From an uncultured Candidatus Rokubacteria bacterium (GTDB lineage Bacteria > Methylomirabilota > Methylomirabilia > Rokubacteriales > CSP1-6), in contig CAVWWD010000003.1 of assembly GCA_963758635.1 (NCBI GenBank), positions 320,001 through 384,000 of the forward strand: a DNA stretch of 64,000 bases. The letters run 5' to 3'. Both the position numbers and the translations under genes were made by a program. This document shows positions 60,926-64,000 of this stretch, piece after piece; position 1 is the first letter of the stretch; each line of letters opens with the position of its first letter. Under the pieces are notes generated by a model. It was not told the DNA's origin. It saw nothing but the letters and a program-made list of their open reading frames with translations, and searched no databases.

Positions 60926-62204
60926 GCCGGCGCCGCCGCCCCGTTCGCGCCGCCCCGGAGGGTCACGACCACCTCGAGGACGCGCGTGCGCTCGACCTTC
61001 TCCACGGTCACCAGCGCCTCCGCCGTCTCCTTCTTCTCGCCCTTGTGCGGCACGCGGCCGAAGAGGTCGAGGACCCACCCCCCGACGGTGTCGTAGGCCT
61101 CGCCGGAGACGTGGAGCCCGGTGGCCGTGTTCAGCTCGTCGATCGACATCCGTCCGGACACGCGGAAGGCGCGCTCGCCGGCGGGCCAGATCAGGCGCTC
61201 CTCCTCGTCGAACTCGTCCCGGATCTCCCCGACCAGCTCCTCGAGGAGGTCCTCCATGGCTGACGAGCCCCGCGGTGCCGCCGTACTCGTCGACCACGAT
61301 GGCGAGGTGCAGCTTCTTCGCCTGGAACTCGCGCAGGAGCGCGTCGGCGCGCTTGGACTCGGGCACGAAGTACGGCGGGTGGAGGTACGCGCGCAGGTCG
61401 AAGTCCGCCGGGAGCCCCCGCAGGTGGGGCAGGAGATCCTTCGTGTAGAGCACGCCCACGATCTGGTCGATCGTGTCCTCGTACACCGGCACGCGGGAGT
61501 GGAGGTTCTCGCGGAGCAGGCCGAGGATCTCCGCGGCGGGCGTGACCATCTCGACGCAGAACATGTCCGGGCGCGGCACCATGACCTCGCGCACGAGGGT
61601 GTCCTCGAGCTCGAACACGCCGTGGATCATCTCGCGCTCGGTGCGCTCGACCACGCCCTCGCGGGTGCCCACGTCGACCAGCGTGCGCAGCTCCTCCTCG
61701 GTGACCTCGGGCTGGCCCGCCGGGCGCTCCGACCCCACCACGCGCAGGGTGAGCGCGGTGAGCCAGCCGAGCGCCACGCGCACCGGAGTGAACAGCAGCG
61801 AGAGCCAGCTCACCGGGCGCGTCACCAGCTTGGCGAACGTCTCCGGGTGCTCCACGGCGAGGGTCATGGGGAGGACCTCGCCGAACACCGAGAGCAGGAA
61901 CACCACGGTGGGGATGGCGAGGGCGATGCCGATCGCGCCGAACATGCGCTCGGCGATGGCGGCGGCGAGGGCGGAGGCGCCGATGTTCACCACCGTGATG
62001 CCCACGAGGAGCGTCACGAGCAGCTCGTGCGGGCGGCTGGAGGAGCGGCGCGGTGCGCGGCCGGCTCTCGCCCTCCTCCTCCGCGAGCTTCTTGAGGCGG
62101 GCGCGGCCCAGGGAGAAGTACGCGGCCTCCGCGCCGGTGAGGAGCGCCGAGCAGAGGACGAGCGCGCCGAGGACGCCCAGCTCGAGCACGAGGAGGTTAC
62201 CCAC
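60922..62204 (-). CDS. Second HlyC/CorC (CNNM-CBS) family protein; frameshifts near 62035 and 61260
   Basis: SALLTGAEAAYFSL, VFGEVLP, VREVMVPR, HSRVPVY, IVVDEYGG and EDLLEELVGEI motifs. Confidence 0.92.
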
Positions 62205-63220
62205 CGAAGTGCTCGTAGCCCCGGCGCGGGGGCGCCGGCGCGCCATCGGGGCCGATCCAGCGCGATGTCGGGTGTCCCCGCCTCGATCTCGCCCACCACG
62301 GTGAGCGGCGTGCCGGTGGCCCCGGCGAGGGCGCGCGCGAGGGCGTCGGCGGCGCCGGCGGGGCAGGTGAGCAGAAGCTCGTAGTCCTCGCCTCCCGCCG
62401 CCGCCCAGTCGACGGGGTCCCGGTCGAGCGCGCGCGCGGCGGCGCGCACCGCGGGAGAGATGGGCAGCCGCTCGAGGTGGACACGCGCGCGCACGCCGCT
62501 CTCGCGGCAGATGTGGGCGAGGTCGCTGGCGAGCCCGTCGGACATGTCCATCATGGCGTGGACGTCGGCTCGCTCGCCGAGCCACCGCCCCTCGGTCACG
62601 CGCGCGCACGGGCGGAGGTGCGCGCGCGTGAGCTCGGCCACGGCGTCGGCGGGAAGGCCGCCGCGCGCCGCCTCCCCGCCCTCGAGCAGGGCGAGCCCGG
62701 CGGCGGACCGGCCGAGCGTGCCCGTCACCGCCACCACGTCGCCCGGCCGAGCGGCCGAGCGCAGCTTGGGCGCGCCGCCGTGCTCGCCGAGCAGGGTCAC
62801 GTCGATGCACCAGCCGCCCGCCGCCAGCGCCGACGTGTCGCCGCCCACGATGGCCACGCCGTGGGGCGCCGCGGCCTCCCGCATGCCCGCGTAGAGCTCG
62901 TCGATCTCCTCCACGGATGCGGCCGGCGGCAGGGCGAGGGCGACCAGCGCGTAGCGCGGCGAGCCGCCCATCGCGGCGATGTCGGACAGGTTCACGGCCA
63001 TCGCCTTCCAGCCGATGTCACGCGGCGACGCGGTGGCGCGGCGGAAGTGGACGTCCTCGACGACGAGGTCGGTGGTGGCGAGGAGCGCGGCCCCGGGACT
63101 GAGCGTGAGCACCGCGGTGTCGTCGCCGATGCCGGCGCGGACTCCGGGAGCGTCGACGACGCCACCCGCGTCCCGGATGCGACGGATGAGGCCCAGCTCC
63201 CCGACGCGGCGCACGGACAC
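62197..63220 (-). CDS. thiL: Thiamine-monophosphate kinase; frameshift near 62260
   Basis: GELGLI, GIGDDTA, NLSDIAAMGG, GGDT, DMSDGL, GGEDYEL and C-terminal GYEHF. Confidence 0.96.
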
Positions 63221-63304
63221 CGGGTGGCCTTACACCTCGCGGGGACTTGGAGGGTCGGAATCGCCCTTCATGCGGCGGCGACGAGCGCGGTCATGTCGCC
63301 CATC

Positions 63305-63333
63305 ACTCTAATATGCGGCTCCCCTCATCGCAA
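63305..63333 (-). promoter_or_regulatory. Possible sigma70 promoter for the thiL operon
   Basis: Minus strand TTGCGA-17 nt-TAGAGT. Confidence 0.6.
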
Positions 63334-63360
63334 GGTCGCGTCCCGGTTCCGTTTCCGGCG

Positions 63361-64000
63361 TCACGACGCGAGCGCGAGCCGATCCACCACGTTGCGGAGG
63401 AGCCGGAGCCCCACGTCCTCGTCGAGCGACATGATCGACTCCGGGTGGAACTGCACCGCGGCCATGGGCAGGCTGACGTGCTCGATCGCCATCACCAGCG
63501 CGTCGTCGCTCTCCGCGGTGACGCGGAGCTCGGCGGGCAGGCGGTCCCGGATGGCGAACAGCGAATGGTAGCGGCCCGCGGTGAACTCGGCGGGAAGCCC
63601 GGCGAGGAGCGCGCCGCCCACCACGCGGATGCGCGAGGCCTTGCCGTGCATCGGGTAGTCGAGCACGCCGAGCTCGCCGCCGAAGTGCTCGACCATGCCC
63701 TGCAGCCCCAGGCACACGCCGAACGCGGGCAGCCCGCGCCGCACGAGCGCGCCGAGCGTCTTGGACAGGTCGAAGTCCCGCGGCGTGCCGGGGCCCGGCG
63801 AGAGCACCACCAGGTGCGGGGCGACGTCGTCGAGCGCGCTCTCCGGGAAGCCGGCTCGGAGCGTGACCACGTCGGCGCCCGTCTGCCGGAGATAGTTGGC
63901 GAGGGTGTGGACGAACGAGTCCTGGTGATCGACCAGGAGCACGCGCCGCCCCACGCCGGGCCGCGGCACGTCGACGCTCGGGCGCGCCTCCACGCCTCGC
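63361..64000 (-). CDS. Class I glutamine amidotransferase domain, probably the C-terminus of a fused anthranilate synthase TrpE(G); partial
   Basis: VDHQDSFVHTLANY, LSPGPG, GVCLGLQ, GRYHSL and QFHPES; frame is open to the window edge. Confidence 0.85.
   Translation of the reverse strand, partial: RGVEARPSVDVPRPGVGRRVLLVDHQDSFVHTLANYLRQTGADVVTLRAGFPESALDDVAPHLVVLSPGPGTPRDFDLSKTLGALVRRGLPAFGVCLGLQGMVEHFGGELGVLDYPMHGKASRIRVVGGALLAGLPAEFTAGRYHSLFAIRDRLPAELRVTAESDDALVMAIEHVSLPMAAVQFHPESIMSLDEDVGLRLLRNVVDRLALAS

Noticed and set aside
58955..63220. 1421-aa ORF as a ThiL-CNNM-hydrolase fusion (likewise 5374..7608 and 49971..52037)
   Set aside because: These are read-through chimeras of separate genes, caused by indels and the scarcity of stop codons in high-GC DNA.
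63220..63305. TPP riboswitch ahead of thiL-tenA
   Set aside because: The conserved CTGAGA and CCTGAT..ATGC..GCGTAGG-type core is not visible on the minus strand.

Overview
A very GC-rich bacterial core-genome segment with no phage, transposase, CRISPR or rRNA genes. The + strand carries mfd (partial), a SurA-like PPIase, rho, rpmE, prfA-prmC-murA, hisG-D-B-H-A-F-IE, an Mla/MCE ABC transporter, radA, ispD-ispF, cysS and rlmB. These are followed by a tRNA-tuf-rpmG-secE-nusG-rplKAJL-rpoBC block and a contiguous str-S10-spc-alpha ribosomal superoperon with a second tuf. The window ends with a DMT transporter, a cytochrome P460-family/cupredoxin fusion, and a minus-strand run of trpE(G) (partial), thiL, two CNNM/HlyC genes, a dienelactone hydrolase and tenA. 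Composition and protein style suggest Methylomirabilota/Rokubacteria, but this is inference only. About a dozen genes, including rpoB and rpoC, have small frameshifts that are most likely long-read errors. Three signals stand out. (1) Both tuf copies use almost only G-ending four-fold codons, exactly over the duplicated tract, while neighbouring genes favour C-ending codons. (2) At least three families of small non-autonomous repeats sit at stop codons and spacers of core operons: a 99-bp TIR element with 4-bp target duplications, a 79-bp TIR element at CTAR-like sites, and a 62-64-bp GAA-hairpin repeat that has also invaded hisF. (3) The exported heme-c/type-1-copper fusion appears to lack the P460 cross-link lysine.
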